A stretch of 64,000 nucleotides of DNA from a virus (taxonomy: Duplodnaviria > Heunggongvirae > Uroviricota > Caudoviricetes): positions 14,564 to 78,563 of the IMG/VR virus record IMGVR_UViG_2595698353_000001, one strand, 5' to 3'. Numbering within the stretch: the first letter of the stretch is position 1; each line of letters begins with the position of its first letter. The notes under the pieces are model-generated. The model did no database searches. It was not told the DNA's origin and worked only from the letters and a program-made list of their open reading frames with translations. The translations under genes and the position numbers were made by a program. Below, one piece after another: positions 8,483 through 18,116 of the stretch.

Positions 8483-8707
8483 ATGGCCAACGAGCTTGCT
8501 CGCCTGGTGGACTACCACGACGACTGGGTCGCCGAGGTGAAGGTCTCCCGCAAGCAGTCCGTCCTGGTGAACCCGAACGGGCGCGGCTACAACGAGGACA
8601 ACCGGATCATCACCGGCGACACCGAGGTGTTCGCCGTGACCGTGCGCGCCACGAACGCCGAGAAGCTCACCGCCAAGGTGGCCGCTGTGCTGTCGGTGGT
8701 CGAATGA
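8483..8707 (+). CDS. hypothetical protein
   Basis: AAAGGA RBS after an AT-richer spacer containing TGCTGTAGGGT (8444-8454). Confidence 0.7.
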   Translation: MANELARLVDYHDDWVAEVKVSRKQSVLVNPNGRGYNEDNRIITGDTEVFAVTVRATNAEKLTAKVAAVLSVVE

Positions 8708-9021
8708 GCGACCAGCGCCTGGAGCTGCATCGCATCGTCTGCCACGGTGTCGAGGCCTGCAACAGCGCGGACGAGATCACCGACGCGATCATCGACGCCG
8801 GGTACCACAAGATGACGCCCGTCGAGTCCGTGGAGCAGCTGGTCGCGCTCCCCGAGGACTCCATCGTCATCGACTTCGACAACACGGAGACCATCGCGTA
8901 CCAGAAGGAGAGCGGGGAGTGGTACGAGTCGAGCAGCGGGGGCTGGGGCCACAGCTCCGAGATGGTGCTCCGGATCAGCGGCAAGCTGGTCGTCGCCTTC
9001 GTGCCGGTGGTGGGCCAGTGA
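8704..9021 (+). CDS. hypothetical protein
   Basis: ATGA coupling. Confidence 0.7.
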   Translation: MSDQRLELHRIVCHGVEACNSADEITDAIIDAGYHKMTPVESVEQLVALPEDSIVIDFDNTETIAYQKESGEWYESSSGGWGHSSEMVLRISGKLVVAFVPVVGQ

Positions 9022-9215
9022 CTGACATCGAGCCGCCCTGCGACCACTACGACGACCTGATCGGCACCGTGTCCGCCGGTGACCCGAGCAAGGCCCCGTT
9101 CCGCAGCGTCTCCACGTGTGAAGGCTGCGCCACCAAGTCGGCCGGGTACGTGCAGATGGAGACCGGCCTGCCCGCGAACCCGCTGCTGACCTACGAGGAG
9201 GCGAGGAGCCGATGA
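9018..9215 (+). CDS. hypothetical protein
   Basis: GTGA coupling; CEGC. Confidence 0.65.
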   Translation: MTDIEPPCDHYDDLIGTVSAGDPSKAPFRSVSTCEGCATKSAGYVQMETGLPANPLLTYEEARSR

Positions 9216-9412
9216 CCTTCAAGCCCACCATGACCACCACCCACAACCTCCGGGCCAGCAAGCTCACGGTCGGCCTGATCCGCGAGTTCCTGCACGGCGA
9301 GCCCGACGACGGCGTGGTGACGATGTACGAGCAGAAGCCGGACCGCCCTGGCGAGATTCACCTCGTGACCCTGCAGGTCACCTCGACCCGGGTGCTGGGC
9401 GGCGACCAGTGA
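9212..9412 (+). CDS. hypothetical protein
   Basis: GAGGAG RBS, ATGA coupling. Confidence 0.65.
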   Translation: MTFKPTMTTTHNLRASKLTVGLIREFLHGEPDDGVVTMYEQKPDRPGEIHLVTLQVTSTRVLGGDQ

Positions 9413-9753
9413 GCCGACTTACCGACGACCAGGTGCAGCAGCGCCTCGCGGACGCCAAGAGGCAGTACAGCGCGGCAACCACCTTCCTCGATCGACGAAG
9501 CGGCCGCGACCTGGTGGAGGCGTGGGAGGACGTGGTTGCGGTCCGAGCGGGCCAGCCGATCTCCTCGGACCGGATCCCCGACGAGGACGCTAGCGTCACC
9601 GACGGCCACGAACTGATCGTCAGCTACGGCGACTGCGAGCTGCACGGCCGCTGCCAGTGCGGCACATACTTCGGCTTCATCAAGCCGAACGGGAGCCTCG
9701 ACAAGCTCGGGGAGAAGTGGGAGCGCCACGTGATGCTGGAGGCACGACGGTGA
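9409..9753 (+). CDS. hypothetical protein
   Basis: GTGA coupling; RCQCG...H. Confidence 0.7.
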   Translation: MSRLTDDQVQQRLADAKRQYSAATTFLDRRSGRDLVEAWEDVVAVRAGQPISSDRIPDEDASVTDGHELIVSYGDCELHGRCQCGTYFGFIKPNGSLDKLGEKWERHVMLEARR

Positions 9754-9950
9754 GCGACTGGAAGTACCCCGACGACGTCGACCACTCGATCGAGCTCTCC
9801 GGCGTCTACGACGGCGTCTGCATCTGGGTGCTGAAGGACGGCCGCCTGATCAACCAGTTCGCGGGGGAGGGGTCGCGGCGAGAGAGGGCGGTCGACTCAT
9901 ACATCGAGACGGCCAAGGCCATCGCGGAATCTGCGGGAGGGACGAAATGA
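9750..9950 (+). CDS. hypothetical protein
   Basis: GGAGG RBS, GTGA coupling. Confidence 0.65.
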   Translation: MSDWKYPDDVDHSIELSGVYDGVCIWVLKDGRLINQFAGEGSRRERAVDSYIETAKAIAESAGGTK

Positions 9951-10333
9951 GCTTGATGGACGCGAAGGTCGGCGACACCGTGATGGTGGAGCTCCGGGAG
10001 TACACGGGCGGTAGGCAGGCCTCGAAGGCCCGTGAGGGCACCATCTCCAAGGTGGGCCGGAAGTACCTCTACGTGGAGTGCCTCGGGGTGAACCCGCAGA
10101 CCCAGTTCTACCGCGAGAACGGCGTCGAGGTCTCCGACTTCGGCTACCGCGCCAGGGTCTACCTGCCCGAGGAGTGGGCCGCGAAGGAGCACCGCGACCA
10201 GGTCGTGCAGCAGCTGGAGGTCAGGCACCGCATCCAGTATCGCGGCGGCAGCTGGAACTTCCCCCAGTCCACCGAGACGCTCGAGGCCATTGTGAAGCTC
10301 CTCGACGACGACGCAAAGGAGCGTGGCCAGTGA
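9947..10333 (+). CDS. hypothetical protein (SH3/KOW-like N-terminus)
   Basis: AKVGDTVMV...GTISKVGRKYLYV; GGGAGG RBS. Confidence 0.75.
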   Translation: MSLMDAKVGDTVMVELREYTGGRQASKAREGTISKVGRKYLYVECLGVNPQTQFYRENGVEVSDFGYRARVYLPEEWAAKEHRDQVVQQLEVRHRIQYRGGSWNFPQSTETLEAIVKLLDDDAKERGQ

Positions 10334-10563
10334 ACGGCCCCCAGCACTACGCCAGGGCAGAGGAGCTGCTCTTGCTGACCAAGAGCGCAGACGGGCTCCC
10401 CGTCGAGAGCGTCAAGGTGATGGTCGCCAAGGCGCAGGTGCACGCCACGCTCGCGCAGGTTGCCGCACTCTTCGACACGTCCGTCGACCACCTCAACGCC
10501 TGGCCCCACAACAAGGACGAGTGGCATGCGAAGACGGCGGCGCAGACGGGAGAGCTTCTGTGA
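10330..10563 (+). CDS. hypothetical protein
   Basis: NGPQHYARAEELL...AQVHATLA, a common small actinophage pattern; coupled. Confidence 0.7.
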   Translation: MNGPQHYARAEELLLLTKSADGLPVESVKVMVAKAQVHATLAQVAALFDTSVDHLNAWPHNKDEWHAKTAAQTGELL

Positions 10564-10790
10564 GCATGAGCGACGAGGAGGTCGTCCTCGACACGACGGA
10601 CCTGTTCACCCTGCAGAAGCTGGTGTCCCTCGCCAACCGGCTGCAGGAGTCCTACCGCGAGCAGGGGGAGACCGATCTCGCGCTTCGCGCCCAGATCGTG
10701 ATCGGCTTCCTCGAGGGGCTTGCCGAGGAGCTGAGCAGGATCGCCCTGGAGCATGTGGGCGAGCTGACTGCAGACGAGGGGGAGTCGTGA
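10560..10790 (+). CDS. hypothetical protein
   Basis: GTG 10560 or ATG 10566; coupled. Confidence 0.65.
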   Translation: MSMSDEEVVLDTTDLFTLQKLVSLANRLQESYREQGETDLALRAQIVIGFLEGLAEELSRIALEHVGELTADEGES

Positions 10791-10939
10791 GCAGAGGCAG
10801 GCCCTTCTCCCGCATGTTCCGCGACGGCGGATCCCCGAAGCCCGGCAGCTGGGCCGCCGTCGAAGACGCGCTCGACGAGCTGTTCCCGCCCGTCGACCGC
10901 ACCAAGCCCGAAGAAACCACGAACCAGGAGATGCCTTGA
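10787..10939 (+). CDS. small hypothetical protein
   Basis: GTGA coupling after GGGGAG. Confidence 0.55.
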   Translation: MSRGRPFSRMFRDGGSPKPGSWAAVEDALDELFPPVDRTKPEETTNQEMP

Positions 10940-11745
10940 CCAAGACCGCCACCCTCGACGTCCAGATGATCGGCTACACCGTGTTCGTCCCGCCGGAGAC
11001 CCCCGGTGAGCTGCTTGGCGCGACCGACGTCCTGTTCGATCCGGACGACTGCAACATCGTCATCGACGACGACGGCGACAACATCTACGACGGCCAGGCC
11101 CTCGTCGAGTTCGCCGGTCGCGCGTGCTACCAGTCGTTCCACCGGCCGAACCCGAAGACGGCAACGAACCGCACGTACCTGGCCAACACGCAGCGCCAGC
11201 GCCACGGGTCGATCGAGGAGCACGCGTCGGTGAGCTTCTGGTTCACCGGTCTGTCGCGCACCTGCTCGCACGAGGTCGTCCGGCACCGGCACTTCTCGTA
11301 CAGCCAGCTGTCCCAGCGGTACGTCGACAGCAACGGGGCCGCGATCGTGCTGCCCCCGGCCGTCGTCCAGCTGGGCCTGGCCCACCTGTTCGACGAGGTC
11401 GACGACGCGGTGAGCGACGCCTACTCGGTCATCCAGAAGGCGCTCATCGACGCGGGCCTGAAGAAGAAGCAGGCCAACCAGGCGGCCCGCGCCGTCCTCA
11501 TGGGCGCGACCGAGACCCGCATGGTGATGACCGGCAACTACCGGGCGTGGAAGGGCTTCCTCACGCAGCGCGACTCGGAGGCCGCCGACCCGGAGATCCG
11601 CGCGTTGGCGCAGAGCATCGGCCGCCAGCTCTCCTCGCACGCGCCGCACCTGTTCAACGCCGAGGCCCGCGACCTGTGGGACACCAGCGACGAGCACGGT
11701 ACTGTGGCCGTGACCGAGGCGGAGTTCCCCGCCATGGTCGAGTGA
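10936..11745 (+). CDS. thyX: flavin-dependent thymidylate synthase ThyX
   Basis: EFAGRACYQS, HGSIEEH, SRTCSHEVVRHRHFSYSQLSQRY (ThyX RHRx7S motif), TGNYRAW, EIR.LA. Confidence 0.95.
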   Translation: MTKTATLDVQMIGYTVFVPPETPGELLGATDVLFDPDDCNIVIDDDGDNIYDGQALVEFAGRACYQSFHRPNPKTATNRTYLANTQRQRHGSIEEHASVSFWFTGLSRTCSHEVVRHRHFSYSQLSQRYVDSNGAAIVLPPAVVQLGLAHLFDEVDDAVSDAYSVIQKALIDAGLKKKQANQAARAVLMGATETRMVMTGNYRAWKGFLTQRDSEAADPEIRALAQSIGRQLSSHAPHLFNAEARDLWDTSDEHGTVAVTEAEFPAMVE

Positions 11746-11837
11746 GCAAGGAGCTGGCGCTCCGGGACTGACGTCCCCGACAACCAGTCCGGCCCCGGGT
11801 GTAGCTACGGCAGCCCGGGGCTGCTCTGTATCCGGTG

Positions 11838-11889
11838 CTCTCTGGGAAGGCCTGTCGCGCATCAATAGCCACAGAGCCTTCCCGAGGAG
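11838..11889 (+). promoter_or_regulatory. putative late promoter GCATCAATAG (11859-68) inside a hairpin reaching the RBS
   Basis: GGGAAGGC(11844-51)/GCCTTCCC(11876-83) and CTGT/ACAG flank the motif; RBS GAGGAG 11884-89 faces CTCTC. Confidence 0.55.
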
Positions 11890-11895
11890 ACCCCC

Positions 11896-12474
11896 ATGAT
11901 GTTCAAGACCCGCACGGCGGCGAATGCCACCCTGGACGCCCGGCTGGCGGAGCTCTCGTCCACCAACGAGTCCTGGTTCGACGGCAGCATCGAGTCGGTC
12001 GACCGCCGCATCGCCCAGGTGAGCCAGGCCCGGCACGCCGCGCGCGGCTCCCTGGACCCCGAGCTGCCCCTGTCGCTCGAGGCCTCGGTCGACGAGCTGA
12101 AGGAGATGCGCACCGCGCTGCTCGAGGGCGACCTCGACGACTCCCCGACGATCACCGCGAGCATCGATCACTACCGGCAGCTGCCCCAGCGGATCCGGGA
12201 CGAGCTGACCGTGCAGTCGAAGCGCTTCGTCGCCTCGAACGCCGACGCCATCGACGACCAGCGCGAGCTGACGGCCCGCGCGGGCTACGAGGGCAAGCGG
12301 GTGGCCGAGACCCTGGTGCAGACCGCCGACGCCCGCCAGCTCGTCGCCGAGGCGTTCGTGTACGCCTGCTACAAGACCGCCGAGCGCACGCCGCGACCGA
12401 AGCCCAAGCGCGACATCACCGCCGCCGCCGGTGACTTCGTCGAGGGCCTGCTTGACGACATCGTCTTCTGGTGA
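11896..12474 (+). CDS. putative virion head-associated protein
   Basis: GAGGAG RBS; first gene of the head block. Confidence 0.75.
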   Translation: MMFKTRTAANATLDARLAELSSTNESWFDGSIESVDRRIAQVSQARHAARGSLDPELPLSLEASVDELKEMRTALLEGDLDDSPTITASIDHYRQLPQRIRDELTVQSKRFVASNADAIDDQRELTARAGYEGKRVAETLVQTADARQLVAEAFVYACYKTAERTPRPKPKRDITAAAGDFVEGLLDDIVFW

Positions 12475-12606
12475 CCCCACCCGAGCGCGGGGCCGTGTCC
12501 GAAATGGATGCGGCCCCGTCTCCATGTCTGATGTAAACGGCCCTCGCTGCGACCTACAAGTGTTGACCCCCACGCTGTAGTGGTTCGCACACAGAGGAGT
12601 GCCAGC

Positions 12607-14181
12607 ATGTCCTTCGGAATGTTCGATGATCTCGCCGGTTCGCAGAGCGAGAGCCAGCTCCGTGAGGCCGCTGCCTCCGACGCACTGGACCGCGCGATCC
12701 TCGCCGCCCGCGAGCAGTTCGGCTCGTTCCTGGCCAGCTCGATCGATGCCAGCGATTTCAAGTCCCGGTGCGCCCTGGTGAAGAACGACATGATGAAGAC
12801 CGTGTCGGCACACACCATGCCGCTGCCGGGCGTCATGCGTCGCATCGAGGGTGCGCTGAAGCCGCGCTTCGCCAACCCGATGGCCACCCAGCCGATGCCG
12901 TCGTCCCAGGGCGTCGCCGCCCCGGCCATGGCGCAGCCGCTGCCCGCGCAGCCGACCGCCGAGACGCAGTCCGCCGACGGCCTCACCGACGCCGATCTCG
13001 CGAACACTTCGACCTCGGCCCCGGCCCGCCAGGCTGCCGGATGGAGCCCCTTCGGCAATGGAGGCGGCACCCCGGCGGCTCCGGCCGCCCCCAAGCCGTT
13101 CGAGCAGGGCTTCGACTACTCGACCCCGAATGCGGTCCCGGCCGGTGACATGAAGATGGCCCCCGGCCAGGCCGACGGCATCAAGAGCGAGACCGCCGAC
13201 CTCGTGAACTCGCGCAACCCGCAGAACTGGTCGATGGGCAACCCGACCGGCGAGGCGAACCCGATCGGCAAGCCGCAGGCGTTCGCGACGCGCCGCACCG
13301 CCAGCGAGGGTCACCCGAGCAAGCGGTACATCGTGCTGCCCCTCGACGACCCGGAGGCCGCTCTGGCGGCCCTGCGCGCGCACGCCAGCGAGATGTGTGG
13401 CGAGCCTGGCCCCGAGTCCGACGACGGCGACCGGCTGCACGACGAGCGCCGCGAGGCCTACCGCAAGCGCGCGGTCGACGTGAACAACCCGGACAGCTGG
13501 CTGCCGGACGCCCACAAGCAGCTCATGGAGCAGGACGCCGACGGCAACCACGTCGGTGGCTTCACGCTGCACGACGCCGTCGGTGACGCGCCGTCCAAGG
13601 GCTACATGGTCTCGACCGACAAGCGCTCCGAGTGGCAGAAGCCCGTCAGCGAGGTGACCCCGGACGACATCCTGGGCTTCGCCAAGCAGCACGAGCGTCG
13701 CCTGCAGCACCCGCGCAACTACCTGGGCGGCTGGGTCGACTCCGAGGAGCACGGCACGCCGCACGCGTACCTCGACGTGTCCTCGCACATCTCGGACCCG
13801 CGCATCGCCCACAAGTCGGCCGTCGCCGCCAAGCAGTGGGGCATCTTCGACAACGCGGCCGGGCAGGCCAAGAGCACCAAGGCCTTCGGCGGTGAGATCG
13901 GCGGCAACGGCCCGAAGCAGAAGCAGCCGAAGCGTTCCTTCACCGAGGGTCCGGCGCTGATCCCGGAGGAGAACAACTCGTACGCGCACGGCGAGAATGC
14001 GCAGACGGTCGAGCAGGCCTTCTCCGGCCCGTCGAAGGACGGCACGCCGGAGCAGCGCCACACGGACAGCGGCGAGGAGTCGAACTTCGCCGAGCCGCGC
14101 GTGTCGCTGTCGGCCCGGTACACCTCGTTCCCCTCGGACAACCTGAAGGGGGCTGATCGCCCTTTCGTCCGTCGGCGGTGA
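12607..14181 (+). CDS. putative internal head protein, multidomain
   Basis: ATG 12607 after GAGGAG; Pro/Ala-rich linkers and a globular C-terminal domain (GGFT..GYMVS..LGGW..YLDVS..Q..IFD). Confidence 0.8.
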   Translation: MSFGMFDDLAGSQSESQLREAAASDALDRAILAAREQFGSFLASSIDASDFKSRCALVKNDMMKTVSAHTMPLPGVMRRIEGALKPRFANPMATQPMPSSQGVAAPAMAQPLPAQPTAETQSADGLTDADLANTSTSAPARQAAGWSPFGNGGGTPAAPAAPKPFEQGFDYSTPNAVPAGDMKMAPGQADGIKSETADLVNSRNPQNWSMGNPTGEANPIGKPQAFATRRTASEGHPSKRYIVLPLDDPEAALAALRAHASEMCGEPGPESDDGDRLHDERREAYRKRAVDVNNPDSWLPDAHKQLMEQDADGNHVGGFTLHDAVGDAPSKGYMVSTDKRSEWQKPVSEVTPDDILGFAKQHERRLQHPRNYLGGWVDSEEHGTPHAYLDVSSHISDPRIAHKSAVAAKQWGIFDNAAGQAKSTKAFGGEIGGNGPKQKQPKRSFTEGPALIPEENNSYAHGENAQTVEQAFSGPSKDGTPEQRHTDSGEESNFAEPRVSLSARYTSFPSDNLKGADRPFVRRR

Positions 14182-14597
14182 CGGCGGGTCGTACCCTCAC
14201 CGCCTCGTGCGAGATCGGCAGCTGTGACGGCGATGCGTCCGGCCACGTGACCGACTACGACGGCAACGATCGCAGCTACTGCGAGAAGCACGTTCGGCAG
14301 ATGGGCAACCTCGCGGGCTGGTCCCGCAAGGAGGCCGCCGGTTCGTCGCTGTGGGCGCAGTTCTCGCAGTGGTGCAGCATGTCGGGCATCAGCCCGTCGG
14401 ACCCGAGCGCCCTCATGGGCTTCTCGGCCGCCACCGGCGTGGATCAGGCGGCTCTGGCTCCGCTGGTCCAGCAGCACGGCGCACAGGGGGTCGGAACCAT
14501 GCCCTCGATGCCGTCGCCCGGCGGCCAGCACGGCACCGACGACCTCAGCGGCCTGTCCGACCGCGACCTGACCATCGCCACTCGAGGAGCGAACTGA
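14178..14597 (+). CDS. hypothetical head-module protein
   Basis: GTGA coupling; CEIGSC...YCEKH Zn motif. Confidence 0.7.
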   Translation: MTAGRTLTASCEIGSCDGDASGHVTDYDGNDRSYCEKHVRQMGNLAGWSRKEAAGSSLWAQFSQWCSMSGISPSDPSALMGFSAATGVDQAALAPLVQQHGAQGVGTMPSMPSPGGQHGTDDLSGLSDRDLTIATRGAN

Positions 14598-17500
14598 TGA
14601 CCAGCTTGCACGACCAGTTCGCCCGCCGCGAGGCCCTCAACCACATCCCGTTCATGGAGATGGCGCAGGCGCTCGGGGCCAGCAGCCCCAAGAGCACGCG
14701 GGTCGCCTCCGGCTGGCGCTGGGACGACCACCTCAACGGCTACGTCTCGAGCGGCAACGCGCGCTTCGCGTGCACCGGCTGCGGCCACGACGTCGAGACG
14801 CCGTCGTTCGTGCACTGCGCGTGCGGGAAGATCTGGAACTCCTACCCGATCGCCTCGGCGTCGAAGGAGGCCGGTGCCACCCGGTACATCGCCCGGGAGA
14901 TCCCGCGCCGCGAGGGCGTCGTGCTGGCGGGCCGCGAGCGTCGCACCGCCTCGAACAAGCAGCGCGTCGCGTACAGCGACGACGAGGAGTCGTCCCGAGT
15001 CCGCATAGTCGAAGACAGCCCGAGCCCGGGCCACCAGCGGACGCTGCTCGCCGTCGACGGCAACCAGATCCTCGGCAAGCTGTTCTGGTGGGAGCCGAGC
15101 GGCATCGTCACGGTCTTCGATGCCCACACCGAGGGGATCGGCCACAAGCTGCGCGAGGCGGCCGACCACCTGCGCCCGGGCCTGAAGTACGAGGACGAAG
15201 GCCGTTGGGACGTCCCTGCGGATGAGATGCGCAGTGCCACACGCGTTTTCGTCTCTGCCGACGACGCGTGGTTCCACAGCGACCCGAGCCACCACAACTT
15301 CGTCAGCCGCGACGAGCCGCTAGCCAACCGGCACGATGAGCCGCGCAACATCCCGGGCATCACGTTCCACGCGGCGCACGAGTACTACAGCGGCTACCCG
15401 TACGACGCCAGGGACGTCTCCGCCGACGGCTACGGCCAGCACGACACGCACTTTCCGAACGACGACGACCAGTCCCGTCAGTCGGTGCGGCACCTCGTCG
15501 CGAAGCACCCGGACGGCCGCGACATCGGGCACCTGACGTGGAGCGGCGACGGCAGCAGCGCCACCATCGGCGTCGCGTCGGTGCACCCGGACTTCCAGCG
15601 CCAGGGCGTCGCCAACGCGATGCTCGACGCTGCCCGGAACCGGTACGTGCCGCGCCTGAAGCACTCGAGCGAGCTGAGCTACCAGGGCCGCCAGTTCGCG
15701 CTGGCGGACAAGGCCAACCCGAACCGGTCGGCCGATCAGCGCGCGACCCCGTTCAACCAGGGCGACGGCGATCATGCCTGGGATCCGAGCTACCGGTACG
15801 CGCCCGAGGGTTACGGCCAGAACGACCACTACAAGCAGGTCCCGCCGAACGACGACAACGCGCAGGCGGCCGCTGCTGCGTACGACGACGCGCACAACGT
15901 CAGCACGCGGGGCGGCGACCAGTACGACGCCAACGGCTACGACGACACGGGCTACAACCGCGACGGCTACGACTCCCAGGGGTACGACGACGAGGGCTGG
16001 GATATCCATGGGTTCAATCGCGACCACATGGACGACGACGGCTACGACCGGTGGGACTACAGCCACGTGCCGCCGCTCGACGGCCACATGTCCCTGACGG
16101 ACCTCGCGAACCAGCACGGCGACGGCAACTACCCGGACTCCGTCCGGGGCAGCTGGGGCAGCCAGCGCGCGTACGACGATGCCCGCGACGGCATGCCGGT
16201 CGACGGCTACGCGGTGATCCCGCGCGGCCGCCGGATCAATCAGAACGGCGGCGACACCGATCCGCGCATCGGCGCGGGCGACCGGGTGTACGCGTCCGCC
16301 GACGAGGCCTTCGCGGCGGCGCACCACCCGGCGGACCCGCATCAGGACCGGGACGTCATCGCGACGTCGCTGGACCCCGACCACCTGTACACGCGGCCGG
16401 AGGCTGGCCGCAACTTCTTCTACCACCCGCCGGAGGGGCACCCGCCGTCCGAGGAGGCCTTCAACATCTCCCAGGGGTCGGACACGGCGAACAACCGCAT
16501 TCTGCAGACGCTCGGCGACGGCTGGAGCCACGGAGAAATCGACCCCCAGCTCCCGCAGCGCGGCACGCACTTCAAGTACGACGGGCCGGAGGGATCGATC
16601 TCGCTGCAGCGCAAGCCCGACGGCGAGTGGCACGCGGGCGGCGTCACCAGCGATGGCCGGTCGCAGACGTTCGTCGGCGGCAAGCCGTTCGAGGCCGGTA
16701 CCGACGCGCTCAACTCGCTGCGCAGCGGGCAGTCCTCGGGGATGCCGAAGATGCCCGAGATGCCGAAGGCGCTCGCCTCGCTCCGTGATCCCGTACGGGT
16801 CGCGAGCTGGCTCAATAGTCAAGTCCACCAGACCGCGCCGGGGATCTCGGCCACGAGCAGCAAGGGAGGCCCCCGCATGGCCGCACGTTTCCGCCGGACC
16901 GGGCAGCTGGTGCCGGGCCACGAGCTCACCGCTGGCGACATCGTCGAGCAGAACGGCCACGCGCTGCAGGTGATCGAGACGAAGTCGCACCTCGACAAGG
17001 AGGGGAACCCGCTCGTCACTGTGACCATGCAGGGGCAGGGCGGAACCACCTTCACATCGGAGTACCCGGTCGCCGGTGACCCGCCGCAGTTCAACCTGAT
17101 GCAGTCCAGCGACGGCGGCAACGGCGAGGGCGCGGAGGCGGACCCCGCTGGCGGCCCCGCTGGCGATCCGGCTGCGCAGGAGGACGCGTACAGCCAGTTC
17201 CCTGCCGACGACGCTGCCGGTGATCCCGCCGCACAGGGCGACCCCGGCGATGGGCGGCGCTCCCATGCCCGACATGGGCGACGGCCAGGGCGGCCCGCCT
17301 CCCGCGATCGGCGGCGAGCTGCCTCCGCCGTCGGCACCGGGCCTCGGCGTGCCGTCCGAGGAGCCGATGGGCTACGGGGAGTTCCCCACGGACGACGACC
17401 CCGACGGCCCGCTCGGTGGCATGCCGCAGCCCGAGTACGACGAGATCCCCGCCGACCCGATGCGGATGCAGTCGCGCGAGAGCAGCCGCCGCCGCGTCGC

Positions 17501-17756
17501 CGGTGTGATCGACGACTACCAGTACTGGACCCGACAGAACGACCTGGATCCGGCGACGTCGCTCAAGGACTACGACCAGTCGCACCAGATCACGCAGGAG
17601 GAGTACGACCTCATCGAGCAGGAGGTCATGCAGGACGCGGGGATTCACGTCGAGGGCGGCACCGGGATGGACAGCGGCACGCAGGACGTCGGCCCGGCCT
17701 TCCCCGACATGAACCAGTCGATCAACGATGCGCCGGAGATCCAGAGCTTCGCGTGA
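14597..17756 (+). CDS. large multidomain head protein (Zn finger, GNAT acetyltransferase, GYD repeats, ART-like segment); true 3' end reached only via a +1 shift near 17243
   Basis: ATG 14597 after GAGGAG; VHPDFQRQGVANAML = GNAT motif A; coding-like sequence switches to the 17220..17756 frame after GAC-CCC-G. Confidence 0.65.
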
Positions 17757-18115
17757 CGAGCATAGGAGTGAGTGTGTTCTGTATGGGCTGCGGATCAGCG
17801 TGCGGCGATGAGGTTTTCACCGACCCGCTGACCCTCAGGTCGTACGGGCGGTGCTGCGCGATGCAGGAGAAGACCTCGTCGCGCGGCGCGTTCTACGCGC
17901 TCCTCGACAAGGTGCTGCCGATCGGACCGGGATGCCGGGTCGAATGCCGCACCGCCGGGGAACACTACGATGGCACGGGCGTCATCGCCGAGGTCTCGAC
18001 CGATCTTGAAAACGGCGGTACGCCAGTGCATCCCGCGTTCCTCGTGAGCATGGATGGGTCCGGGGAATTGGTCTGGTACACCGAGGTGTGCCTCACCAGG
18101 ATTGAGGAGAAGTAG
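17753..18115 (+). CDS. hypothetical protein upstream of portal
   Basis: GTG 17753 overlaps TGA 17754-56; CMGC...CC; Tudor/SH3-like GCRVEC...GVI. Confidence 0.65.
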   Translation: MTSIGVSVFCMGCGSACGDEVFTDPLTLRSYGRCCAMQEKTSSRGAFYALLDKVLPIGPGCRVECRTAGEHYDGTGVIAEVSTDLENGGTPVHPAFLVSMDGSGELVWYTEVCLTRIEEK

Positions 18116-18116
18116 C

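Noticed and set aside
11788-11822. CCCCGGGTGTAGCTAC...CCCGGGG resembling a tRNA 5' end
   Set aside because: No D arm, anticodon arm, T arm or CCA; it is a simple hairpin after thyX
10606-14061. Long minus-strand ORFs (also 15320..17275, 18093..20573, 21691..23889, 47078..48970, 54331..56769 and others)
   Set aside because: Antisense shadows of GC3-rich plus-strand genes; V/L/R/G-rich, no RBS and no motifs
14351-18115. Single 1254-aa ORF from the track
   Set aside because: Its first 82 codons overlap another gene, the real start is ATG 14597, codons after about 17245 are Arg-rich off-frame text, and the last 120 aa belong to a separate GTG-started gene at 17753
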